Both the position numbers and the translations under genes were made by a program. A stretch of DNA of 64,000 nucleotides from Psammoneis japonica (taxonomy: Eukaryota). The DNA is taken from positions 124,001 through 188,000 of the forward strand of contig QPGO01000124.1 of assembly GCA_008632985.1 (NCBI GenBank), written 5' to 3'. This document shows, in pieces, positions 1-11,772 of this stretch; the stretch's first letter is position 1; every line of letters starts with the position of its first letter. A model generated the notes under the pieces. It worked only from the letters and a program-made list of their open reading frames with translations, was not told the origin of the DNA and made no database searches.

Positions 1-89
1 TCGACTATCGAGTAGAGTGCTGCTGGCGCCACTATCTAGCAGTGCCTCAATGGTTTGAGTCTTGCCCTTGCCATGTTTAGCATTCATAG

Positions 90-1307
90 CTACAAACAAG
101 ATTGGAGCAAGATGAGTCTTTTTAACTCGTTTGCGGGATTGGCCACAACACGTGTACGATGGTAATTCAGTTGTTCATTTGTACATTCATCTGATGCATT
201 AAAACTGCCTGCATCGTGTCGGCCCCCTTCCCAGGCATCCGAATCTTCGGAATCACTTGAGTTGAGGTCGCGGAAGTGATTGAGCTCCTCCTCGCGTGCC
301 TTGCACTTTTTCTGAGCGTTGGCAAAGAACTCCTCGACCTTCGATCCGATGAGAGCATCAATGTCTTCCTCATTCCGAGGTTTTGTGTCAGGCTTGCTGC
401 CTCCGTTGTTGGAATGTCCAGTCTTGGCACGTTTCGCGTGGTGCTTGAGCTGACGGCAATCCTCCGCATGATGTCCACAGTTGGTCCCGTGTGGCATGCA
501 TGACTTCTGGGTGTTCCGTTGGGTCGTGATTGACGACTCAGGATTGTCCGTTCTACGTCCCCGCTTGCGTGGAACCTCAGCATGTTGGTCCTGGTTACCT
601 TCGGCAAGCTCGACCTGCTCGATGCGCTCGCAGAACTGTACAAATTTGGTGACAGCATGCGCCAACGGGTCAAAATTCTGTAGCGTCATGAACTTCTGCC
701 ATGCGTTTGGCACACCGCACTCGAACATGTCGCACAGTTCGTCATTGGGCAATGGTGCCGGTGCTTCTCCATCCTCCGTCACGGGTGGAAACTGAGAGAT
801 GTGGCCGTTAATTTCAACAGCCCTTGCGACGTAGTCACGAGTGGAAACCTCTGCGGGCTTGCGCATGAAGCGCCTCAGATGACGCTTCTGCAGTGGCACC
901 GCCCTGTGAGGGAAGATGCTTTCCTTTAGCTTCGCGACGCATGCTGCGTGCGCAGCATTGGTTTGGGATGCCTGCTTGTCAGCGGCATCATTGAATGACG
1001 TCAGAGCATCGCCCTGTAGCAGGTCACGCACAAGGGCAAATTTTGCTGGCCCTGTCGTGATGTTTTGTCCTTCGTGCACGCGATCCACGTTGCGTAGAAA
1101 GATTGGGAGTGTCTCGCATGTAGCCGCAGAAAGGTGCAGGATGCCCATCTCGTGTGTTGGACCATCCGGATCAGTGGGGTTGTTGCGTGGCTTGAACATC
1201 TGGTGCTCGCCCTGCTGCAGCTCTTTCTTCTCCGGCCGTGCGAGCGGAATCGGCGGCTCAATCCGCTTCTTCATGGTCGTTTTGAGATTTGTCGGTCCTG
1301 CCAACAT
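90..1307 (-). mobile_element. gag: Ty3/Gypsy-type LTR retrotransposon gag ORF (degenerate)
   Basis: Gag-like segment 'IFPHRAVPLQKRHLRRFMRKP...LCDMFECGVPNAWQ' and Cys/His knuckle 'CMPHGTNCGHHAEDC', resembling diatom Gypsy gag proteins from memory. No pol and no LTR pair inside the window. Confidence 0.65.
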
Positions 1308-2471
1308 TTCGTAGTTTCGTTTCTGCAGATTTCGTCACCTCGCACAATGTGCGGGAGCAACATTGCTGTGCCCCATGCATGCACCAGGCGCTGAAAAAGA
1401 AGATGTGTCATGACTTTGTCATTGTGAAAATTACAAGCTAGTTTAGAGCAGAGAAAATGGGATCGTGTGAACAGGGAATCTTGCCAAATCCCCATTCGTT
1501 CGCATTTGGATCGCATCAAATCGATCGTGCGTTCGCATTGTGGATCGTGCGAATCAAGCCATCACGCACCATGCACGAGTGATGTCATCGTGTGGAATCA
1601 CGCTGCCATCGTGGGCCAGATGACGGGCTGGTGTGCTTCACACGGATGCTCTCTTGGCATCCTTCTGGAATTGCCCAAGACCTAGAGCCACGCCCTCCTG
1701 TGGTCGTGCTTCCCAGGTGCGTGTTGACAATGCTGCGTTGCCGCGCACAAGAGGCTCATGCATGGTCTCGCCGTGTTGTCCAGCAGCGAGGCATGCTGCA
1801 GCTGGACATCATCCAGAAGGAGGATGGTGAGCGGGAGAAATTTCAAAGCAGGAGAAAGGAAAAGTGTTGGGTGGAGAGACGTCGTCGCGTTGAAGTTAAC
1901 GAATTCGTGAGAATGGTCGGAGCGGAGACGAGGGCTTTCACCCACATGACTGACTGTTCCAACAGCAGGCGACACATCAGGTTTAGAGTTGCGAAGTTGG
2001 AGGGTGATGACAAACTGGGCTAGAAAAAACGATTTGGCGCCAAAAAGGATGGATGTGCTCAGGCCCCAACAGCAAACCGGAATGACGTTAAAGCAGGTGA
2101 GGGGTGTGTTCATTGCAGCAAAAACAACTTTTGCAGGTGCACGTTTCACAATGATGTTTTGAACAAAACACTTTTGCAAGCAATTTGCACTGTGGAAGTG
2201 GATTTCGAAATTGCAGCAAAAGAGAGGTTTGAACTGGAATTCGCAACGATTCAAATTTTTCATGAGATGATGAGGAGTGGCAAAATGGACAAATTGCATG
2301 TGCATTTAAAGATTTGGCCAATTCTCCATCATGTTGCATTTGAGAAAAAGGAATCATTGTTGGCAACTGTGAGATTTTTAGCGTTGAGAGGTTTGAAAAT
2401 TTCCCAACGACGAAAATCACTGGGGACACAAGGCCTGGAGCCAACCACAATTGGCAACAGTGGCACAGGCA

Positions 2472-3650
2472 ATGGTGAGGAAGAAGAGGAAAGAAGATCA
2501 ACCAACAAGCCCAAGGCCAGCCGCAGCGTTGGTGCGGGTGGGAGCCACTGGGGATCACCAGTCCACAGAGAGAGAGGTAGAAGAGGTGGCGCGGAAGGAA
2601 CTTTTCCCAAAGGCAAAATTCCTTGTCAAGGCGGACATGGCAAGCAGTGGCAAAGTGTCGCGGCTCATCAGGAAAAAGACAGCCGGAGGCAATTGCAGCA
2701 AGCGAGACTGGGCGGGAGCGTGGGAAGACTGGGCAAAGAAGTGCGTCATGTGTGCAATCAACGCGAAAAGGAGCACGGTCACTCAGGTGATCAAGAACAA
2801 TGCAACGGCTGGTGAGTGTTTTGTGGTGCATGGCATGTTGAGTGCAGTTGCACTCAACACAGCTGCACCTTTGTTTGCTGAAGTCATGTTGACAGAGAAT
2901 GAAGCAGAGGAGATGCGCAGTCAGAAGGAGCCGGCAGCAAAGGGCAGACATGGGAAGAAGAGCAAGAAGAGGAAGAAAAACAATTGCATGGAAGAGGAAG
3001 AGCCATTCCTGGCAACTTGGGGGGAGGAGACAGTGACAACGATTGTGGAGGACAAGCGCAAGAACAAGGAAGCACATGCTTGGTTCTACGAAAACATCCT
3101 GAAATTCGCGAAGAGCACTGCCACATGGAGAAGGAAGGTAGAGTCGGGTGAGACAAAGGCAGCCAGTCTGGCTGCAGCAAGCAACGAGGCTCCAGCGCTG
3201 TTGACATTGGAAAACCACTGGAAGAGTTGGAAGCACAAGGCATGTCATGACAAGGCTGTTGCAGCAGGGGGAGGTTCGGACGAAGAAGATGAGGAAGAGT
3301 CGGAACCAACACCCAAGCACACGGACCCGTCGAGGCAACGAGACTCCTGGAAGGATGCAGGGACATTGCAATTCAACAAACTGCTTGTGGAAGTAAAGAA
3401 AGACAGGTTGAGTGAGGAGGGCATGCAGTTCGACACATGGCACAGCGAAGGCAAGAAAAGGAAGAGTGACGAAAGAGGCAAGGGATTGAAAAGAAAGAAA
3501 AAGCCGGTGGAGGAGGCAAGAACACAGGCAACGATAGAGCTTTCAAGTGACAACGAGGAGAAGGAGGAAGAGGCAATGGATGAGAACAGAGGAGACGAGG
3601 ACAGCAAGGAAGAGGAGGAGGAAAGTGATGCGGGCAGCGATGCGAGTTAG
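2472..3650 (+). pseudogene. Hypothetical TE-associated protein with Lys/Glu-rich tail, hypermutated; possible intron from ~2812
   Basis: Long ORF with motif 'SNEAPALLTLENHW...KHTD...W..AGTLQFNKL', recalled from uncharacterised transposon-linked proteins. GTGAG donor-like site at 2812. Confidence 0.4.
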
Positions 3651-3879
3651 ATGCAGAGGTTGAGCGAGCTGCGGCATGAAAAGGTGGCGGAGGCTTTTGT
3701 TGGTGTGACAATGGAAAGAGGACAAGCAATGTAGTGGGTTTCAATGCCAACAGTTGCAAGGTTTGACGAAGCATTTTAGGAATCATTGGTTTGTGATCTA
3801 ACCTTTCGTTTGACAACCAGTGCAAGCAATGGAACCAGTGTGTGCAACAAAAGGTTCTTAAACCAATGCAACGCAAAGA

Positions 3880-5325
3880 TTGGCATCAATTTGTTGTCAA
3901 CCAAAACATTGTGAACATCGCTTTCAAAAGGTTAAAAGTGACGGAATTCTGACAGTTGAGGGAGGGGTCCCACTGGTGAAGGAGGGGTCCCATGGTGAAA
4001 AATGGCACACTGTGATGCATGATAAAAAATCACGTTCTACACAACTCTCTCAAAAGGACAGTTGCATGTTTGTGCACACAACAGCATCAAAAATTGCCCA
4101 CAAGAAGGGTGGTCAGGATCACCATGTTTCGCGCTCTGATGAGGGTGCAACAGCTCATTGCGGTCAGGATGCCTCCAGTGACCGTGAAGGAATGGAGAAA
4201 GCTGCTGTGATTTCTGCTGCATCTCTGACCTGTCTTTTGCATCCTCACAAGCTTGTGGCATCCAAGTTGGGCCCAGTTGCCGGGTCTGCTGCATGCAACA
4301 CTGATGCTGCTGTTGCATCTCATGTTGCAGATGCACTCACTGTGGATGCTCAGATGGACCCTGCAGATGCTAATTCTTTGAACATCAAGTCTGTCAAGTC
4401 TGTCATGGTGTCTGCGGGTAAGCCACCTGCAGTTGTTGATTCTGGATCCCTCGAATTTCCCACCGAGTTGGTGGCACTTCCTGCCAAAGTCCACACCTGC
4501 CCACTCAAGACCCCCAAGTATTTTGTGTCTGGCAACCCCATTGTTTCATGCAATGGTGGTTGTTTCAATCCATTGGATGGATCATGCTACATCACCAAGG
4601 TCACCCATGAGCTGTTTGCTGCCTCTGTGGCACCGTGGTGTGATGCGTGTGACACCCATGGACGCAGCCAGAGCTCTGTTGGTTGTCAGGTTGATGTGTC
4701 TTTGGATTTTTTGGCTCGGCCATCGTTGGTTTCAGATGTGCAACACTGCCATTCCTTCCATTGTCTGAACAAGACCAACAGAAGTGGGGCAGTTGTGAAA
4801 GAGGGCCAACGAGTCTTGCTGCCTTCCACTGTCCCGTCTCTTGCCTTCGCTGCCAGGACTGTTGTGATGTCGAATGGCATTTTTCCTGGTGCTCCCAACC
4901 TGTCAACCATCCCTGATGATGACCCTGCACTTTATGATCAAGGGAGGGTTTCCTGTGGTGCAGAGGAAGCATGCAAGGCTGTTGAGAATTCCAACTTCAA
5001 TGGAGAAACCTCACTTGATGACCATGATTTGAACACCGTGCGATGCTCACCTGCGATGCGTCACTGTTCTTCCAACATTGAGCAACTTTACGATGTGCTT
5101 TGTTTGTCCAATGTGTTTTTCAGGGGTGACACAACCAGTGGTAGAAGCACTGGCTCATCAGGTGGATTGCTGTTGGCTCATTTTCACCGCATCATCCGCG
5201 CCATGGTGGTTTTCCAATTTTTGGCCCCATCTCTTGGGATGTGTTTTGGTGATGGTGTGACTCACCAGAATGTCCCATTGTGGTCGATTGTTTGTGGATT
5301 GACAAACTTGTTCTTTGGTGCATGA
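3880..5325 (+). pseudogene. Fossil ORF, unrecognised product
   Basis: 481-codon open frame with protein-like composition inside TA-depleted DNA. No motif recognised. Confidence 0.35.
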
Positions 5326-8300
5326 CTCAATTTGTCCAAAAGATTTGTTGGGAACTGCCTTTCATGTTTTTTGTCGAAGACCGATGCACTTGCTGCGGGT
5401 TGGGTGCTTCATTCCCGACATGCTCATTGTTTGATGGGAAGTTGTTGTTGATTGTTGTCGTGTTTGCGGATCAAGTCTTTGTCATTTCTTTTGGTCCTTC
5501 TCTTTGTTTTGCCATTCTGGTCCTCATTTTTTCTTTGGATTGTCTCTTTTCTTTCTTGATGAGCTTTTGCATTGCTCATCAGGGGAGGGTGACAGACATC
5601 CAAGATTGCACTCCCTTGTGTCGGACAGACCAGCATGGACAGCACAGAGAGATCCGATGATCTCTCTCTGCTCACTTTCTTTCTCATCTAGCACATGGTT
5701 GTCATCTGTCCCAGATGTCAGTTAGATTGTCCCGATGTCAACAGTCCGCAAGCACTCCCAGTCCAGGGTGCAAAATTTTTTTAGAGCACAGCATCTTTGT
5801 GATGGCCACATCATGTGTTCAGTCCAGCACAGCAAGCAAAAGTTGTTGAGGGCAGGAGAGCAAGCTGGGCTCTGAAAGCAAGCACATGCTGTCAGCCATT
5901 TGTTTAGAGGCACAGCAATCCAGATTGAACAAAACCATCCTTTCCTCTGGAGCCCAAGATTTGTGGTTCAGCCATCTTGTTATAATCAGCTCACACATGC
6001 AAGCCATGAGCCATCTCAACTTTTTTGAGAGCCAATGCTGTGGCCAGGCTGACTCCTGGCTTGCAACAAAAGTTGTTCTTGTGCATTGCAACAAAAGAGT
6101 GCAAGCTGTCTTTGCATCAGAAAATCAGCAACAAAAAAGTCAACACAAAAACCAAAGTTGCGCAACTGCACAAAGCAGCCCTGAGGAGCTTGGGTTGGAA
6201 TCAGCTCTTGTCAGCTTTTTGGCCTTGTCAGATGCAAAGGAATTCTGCCTGCAAAAATCTGAGACAACAGCAAACTTTTCAGCACTTCAAACTTTTGCTG
6301 CTGATGGGAGAATTGCTTGATGACAAAACGAGCGGCGTGCATTTGTCAAAACATTTAATCTTCACAACCAATGCCAGAGTTTCTGTGCAAACTGCCAGTG
6401 TGCAGAGATCATTGCATGTCATTCAGACCTTTTGACACAACATGCTGCAGGGGGGCCAGTTTGCTCCAGCCCCCCCCCCCCCCCTGCTCATTGCATGTGA
6501 CACACCCAGCATTGTCCAACCAACCACAACTTTGCACGTGTGCATGCAACAATGCACTGGACTGGCAGTCATGCAGAGTGTGCACAGAAACACATTTCAA
6601 GGTGCCCACATGCTTTTTTTGCCAAGATTGCCCTGTCACTGGTTTCTCTTGTAATGGCAGGAACTCTTGACATGCAGCCAGGAGGTTTGGAGCCCATGTT
6701 GACTGGCACCAACACACACAAGCATCAAATTTTAGAGAGTTGACTTCAATTTGCTGCCAAATGTTTTTGAAGAGAGTGAGGTCTGTTTCCAGGTTTTCAA
6801 CACAAAAAGCACATCCTCCACACATCATGTCTCATCATGTTCAAGAAGGACAGGGTTGTTGACAGTGCACACGCACATGCTGGCATGCCGCACAGTGCAG
6901 TCAAATGCACCACCACATGTGCACACTTCTGCCATGACATGTGTCTGCTGAGAGGAACTGCTGGACAGCTCAGGTGCATCCAAAAGCCTCTGCCACATCA
7001 CAATGCCATCACCACAACAGATCCAACAATTGGCGGCTGTGTTGCAGCCAAACACTCTCTTTGTGATCACCTCTGCACTGGCACACAGGGCAAGACCACA
7101 CAGGGCATTGTTTCTGCTCTGTGGTTCTCCAGACAGGCAAAAGGCTGATGGCCTCCTCATCATCATGAGGAGACTCCAGAGGTGGGAAAATGTCTTTTTT
7201 GTGGCACTTCTGCACAAAATGCATGCTGATGTCAAACCAGTGCTTTCCGCACACAGAGCAAGAATGAAAGTGCAAATGCTTGTGCCTTGTGCCATTGATG
7301 GCAAAGTCCTCCAGTGATGTGACACGACTGGCACAACAAGTGAATGACTTGCAAGGAGCGCCAATTTTGTGCTTGCTCTGCTCAATCTTCTGGTTGGGGG
7401 CAGCCCCATTTTCTTTGACAGTGCCACACAAACTTGCTCAGGAAGAAAATTGAACTTTTGCCAGAATGCAATGATTGTCAGAACTTTCAGAAAAAACACC
7501 AAAGTGCTTTTGACTCCATGTGGGGACTTGCTCATGGAAAGAAGCAGCACAAAAAACATGTGGCCAGCTTGTTGCAAACACAGATTGATGCCAGCCAAGC
7601 TTGGCCCATGATTTGTGGAATTTGGTGATGTCTCTCTTCTGAGCATCTTCCTCCGCACCAACTTCTTGACAAAGAAGACTTGACATTGAGCTGCACTTGT
7701 CATGTTTGCAAAGAGCAGCCTCAGATGACATTTTGTCAACAACTGCACTGGCATCAACAACTTCAAAATGGCAAGTGCTGTCAAGAGCTCATGGGAACTT
7801 TCTGCCACATGGAGCCAGTTGCTCAAGGTGAAAGATGTGTTGACTTCAAGAAGTGCACACTGTGCACCCCCTGCCACAAAAATGCAGCAACTCATGTGAG
7901 AGATGTGATGGTGTATGAAGAACAGCACAAAAGAGGTGTGCTGAGCCTTTGTCAACACAAGACAAGAACTGTGTGCATTGAGAGGAGCATGTCCTCTCAC
8001 ACAAACAGGATTGGCTGATGCAGGCTCCAAGGTGGCTTTTTTTCAAGCAGTCAAACAGGCACATGATCTTCATCCAAGAGGCTGTCTTCTTTTTTCACAT
8101 CTCCCAAATTGCCCTGTTGTGAATTCAGTCATTGAAAGCTGCGCAAATGAAAGCTGACAGGAGTTGCTGCTGTCAACTGACAATGTCCATGTTGTTGCAA
8201 GTGCAGCCAGGAGCCACGACCTGTGTTTTTGTTCTGCCTGGCCAGCTCACCATGACTTGAAAGCTCCAGAGTTCCAACGATTTGCCTCAATGCCATGTGA

Positions 8301-9652
8301 TCTTGCAAGTGAGACCTGGCCACCTTGACAATCCACTGTGCAGACTTGCATTGTCCCACAGACTCACATGGGTGCACACTTGTTGAGGTTCGAAGTCACT
8401 GGCCATGGGCCCACTCCGCGGCGCTTTGTTTTCTACGCCAAAAAGAGAAAGTGCATTTTTTATTCCTTCGCATGAGTCGCCACCACTCGGGACTGTCCAT
8501 TTTTCCAGACGCACCTCTGATGCGGTCGCCAAAGTGCTCACTGTCGGTTGTTTTGTGGCCTTCCATTGGATGCAGATGAAGTGCATGACTTGTCGATTGC
8601 GCCACAATGATGTGTTTTTTTGAGATTTGCTGCAACAATCCGCCGCGCGGGAGATTGATTTTTTGAGGAGAACGAGAAAAGGCGATCCAACATGAACAAA
8701 GTTAGGGCACAATGCCCACAAAAACAATCAAGTGAGAGCACCAACTAATGTGCCAATTAAAACGCAAGATAAAAACAAACAAAAAAGAAACGAAATGTCC
8801 TCAACTGTTCCAATGTGAAAATCAGTGTCTCACAACATTTCGTTTTCAACTCAAGTGCACGCATTTTCTGGGAAAACAGCACCAGATCCTGATGGGGGGT
8901 TTGCAAACATGGCATTGTTTGCACAACCAAAGAGTTCACTGATCGGAACCAGATTGTTGATCAAACAAATGTGGTCTCTGCAATTTGGGCAATCTCCGCC
9001 ATCGCCACCACCAACATTCCCTTCAAACTCGTTGTTTGGCTTCTCGAGACAAACTTCACTGCCAAAGTCTGGAGCGAGGGCACCTCCACGAGTTGCGACA
9101 TTGTTGGCAAAGATGCACCCCTTGAAGGTGCCCTTTGCGGGAGATGAAGGGTCTTTTGCTGCGACACACACGGCACCACCCCACTTTGCTGTGTTGCCAT
9201 CAAAAAGAGTCCCTTCAAATGTTGCTTCGGCTCTCATCACCAGCGCAGCTCCTCCTCCCTGTTGTGTTGCCCAAAGAAAAGAAAATTCGTCAGTCCGTGT
9301 TCAACGCTGTCAAAAACGAATTAGACTGACTGCGCACAATGCCAGTGGGTGCAAATTCTCCGTTGTTTCTAAACTCGCAGTCGACAACAGATGCCTTGGT
9401 GGCTGGAGTTGCGCCGATTGCTGACTTTGTGAGAAGCGCACGAACACCTTGAGGATCGTCAGCTGACCGCCAAATGCGAATGTTAACAGGTGAGTCGGGT
9501 GTGAGACAGAAGCACACGGCAGACAGAGAGCAAGTTGGTGTGCCAAGGTGCCTTGAAATTCTGAAACGCAATGCGTCTGAAAGCAGTGTCTGAACCTTGT
9601 GCTTCCACTGCCAAGGCACAGTCGAGATGATCACCAGTCGTGTCGAAGGCGG

Positions 9653-9817
9653 CGAGTAAAATCCGATGCGGTGGTCGTGCAGATGGTGCCAGTGCGAGCC
9701 ACAAGAGAGAAGAGCAGCTTGTGACGTTAGAGAGAATGATGCGATAACGAAATCTTTAGGCTTGCGAACGGTGAGGGAGCTGTGGATGTAGCCGCACCTC
9801 CACATCCAGATTTTTTC
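9653..9817 (+). repeat. 5' LTR of copia element
   Basis: Direct repeat of 16177-16341, ungapped, 14 mismatches by manual alignment. Confidence 0.93.
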
Positions 9818-9821
9818 GCTT

Positions 9822-9834
9822 TGTCAGAGCCAGG
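9822..9834 (+). promoter_or_regulatory. Putative tRNA-iMet primer-binding site
   Basis: TGTCAGAGCCAGG just after the 5' LTR matches the TATCAGAGCCAGG part of the known copia Met PBS (TGGTATCAGAGCC) with one TA->TG change. Confidence 0.55.
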
Positions 9835-10276
9835 CTTCAGAGTGAGCATCTGGGCGCATTGAAACTATGATCGCATGACCTGCATTGAAAGCGACACGCG
9901 CACACGTTCGCTGTTGTTGAGAACCACCTGGGAGCTGACCGTAGAAAGTGCACTGAGTCCTGCGTGTGCGAATCTGCCACGTGTGAACGAGAAAATTGTC
10001 GAACTTGACGATGGGATTTACGGTCAGAATGGGATCACGCTTGCGACTCAAACAGTTTCCAACATGCCGGTGGGTGTTGGACAGCGCAGCGTGGGGCGGC
10101 ATGCCCGGGCACGTGCCCAACGAGAAAGAAACGGTCTGGGTTTGGCCACCCAGCACCGGTTGACTGCATGGACCCATTGCCATGGCGCTCGGATGCGTTC
10201 AGTCTCCCAACCAACCCAGTGTGCGTGTGCAAATCTCACAACCTGACCTTTTTCCCTTACATTCACCAACAGAACT

Positions 10277-11754
10277 ATGGCAGCAGCCCTGCCAGGAGCA
10301 GCCCTCGCGGCTTTGGCAGCAGCTGACGACGTTGATGCCGCATTGCAAGTGTGTGGCTTTGCCAATCAAGGAGCAAGGGCTCGCCTCGTCTTTTACGATG
10401 GATTTGACACCCTGGAAGACTTGGCCCTGATGGAGAGTGACAAAGACATCGAAGAGCTAGCAAGTCGCGCCGGCAGGCGTGCCGTGCAGGATGGCAGGGT
10501 GGTGACAGGGCCATCCAGCTCAAAAATCTACAAGTCTTGGTTTGGTGGCTTCGTGATCTTCAGAAGCGTGGACAAGCCCTGGTGGCGGCAGACTTTAATC
10601 ACGCGGTGTTGGTTGTGGCACGTGAGTTAAAGCGTGTTCAGGCCAATCGTCCCGACTCAGATACGAAAGTGAGCGACCTGCCAAAGTTTAACGCGGATGA
10701 GTTTGAGACTGTGGAAGACGCGTTCCTCAACCTCTTATCTCAGAAGCTTGGGGTCAATCAGGAACCGTTGCATCATGTGGCAAGGCCCGCAGCAGCACCG
10801 GCGGCATTTGCAGACACTGCCGAGCAGCGCATGTTCGACATCCCCTTGAATGGACCATCCTACGAGGAAGACAACAAGACCGTGTGCCGTTTCCTCAAGG
10901 AATGCCTCATCAACACGGACGGGTGCACATGGATTGAGTCTTTCAATGACACCGAGGATGGGCGGCGTGCCTTCTGGGCATGGTCCAATCACCATGACGG
11001 CCAGGGCGAGCTCAGCAAGCGCACTCAATTGGCCAAGACTCAGCTCGAGATGCTGCACTGCAAAAACGAAAGGCACTTGTCATTTGAAATGCACACTTCC
11101 AAACTGACCAGCGCTTTTGCGGCACTCCACAAGGACCCTGATGAGCGCAGGACAGCCACCCAGAAAGTGGATGCACTCCTAAAAAAGATTAAGACGGACG
11201 ATGTCACCCTCCGCGCATGCACGGCGATCATCAGCGAACGCTTTGGTGATGACTTTGCAGGGGCCTGCGCCTTCTTCTCTAAGGAGGTTGCTCGTTTACA
11301 CGGCCCAGCGCAGCTCGAGGCGCAGCATTGCAGGAACAAGCGTGAGGTCTCCCAGGTTGCGGGTGGCCAAGGATGCAGTCGCAACCGCGATGGAGGAGGA
11401 CGCGGTCGCGACGGTGGCCGTGGCCGCGGCGGTGAGGTCTCAATCAATGGTGTCGATTGCACTGACCCAACTCGCACCTTCTCTCCCGACGAATGGGAAA
11501 GGCTCAAACCCAACAGTGGTTGGACTCATGCAAGGCAAGCTGGGGAGCGCATGCAGGGCCGTGGAGGCCATTTGCAAGGGCGAGGTGGCCCTTGCAACAA
11601 CGAACACCAAGTGGCAGCAGTGCAGAAGGATGGCAAGCAACAGGACGATCATCAAGTGACACCCAGCACCGCAGGTGGCGGAGGAGGCAGCGACGACAAG
11701 GGTGGGCGTCATGGCGCAGGATTCGGGCGCGGTGCCTGCGGAGGGCGGTCCTGA
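10277..11754 (+). pseudogene. gag: Copia gag (frameshift near 10540)
   Basis: Overlapping ORFs 10277-10630 and 10537-11754, 'DGRRAFWAWSNHHDGQGE' segment and RGG-rich C-terminus. Confidence 0.8.
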
Positions 11755-11772
11755 AGGTGTGGGGCAACAGCT

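Noticed and set aside
1310..1700. LTR of the Gypsy-type element
   Set aside because: No second copy in the window, so boundaries cannot be supported.
2088..8030. Long minus-strand Cys/His-rich ORFs (2088-3443, 6825-8030) as metal-binding proteins
   Set aside because: They are shadow ORFs produced by loss of TAA/TAG in TG/CA-rich DNA.
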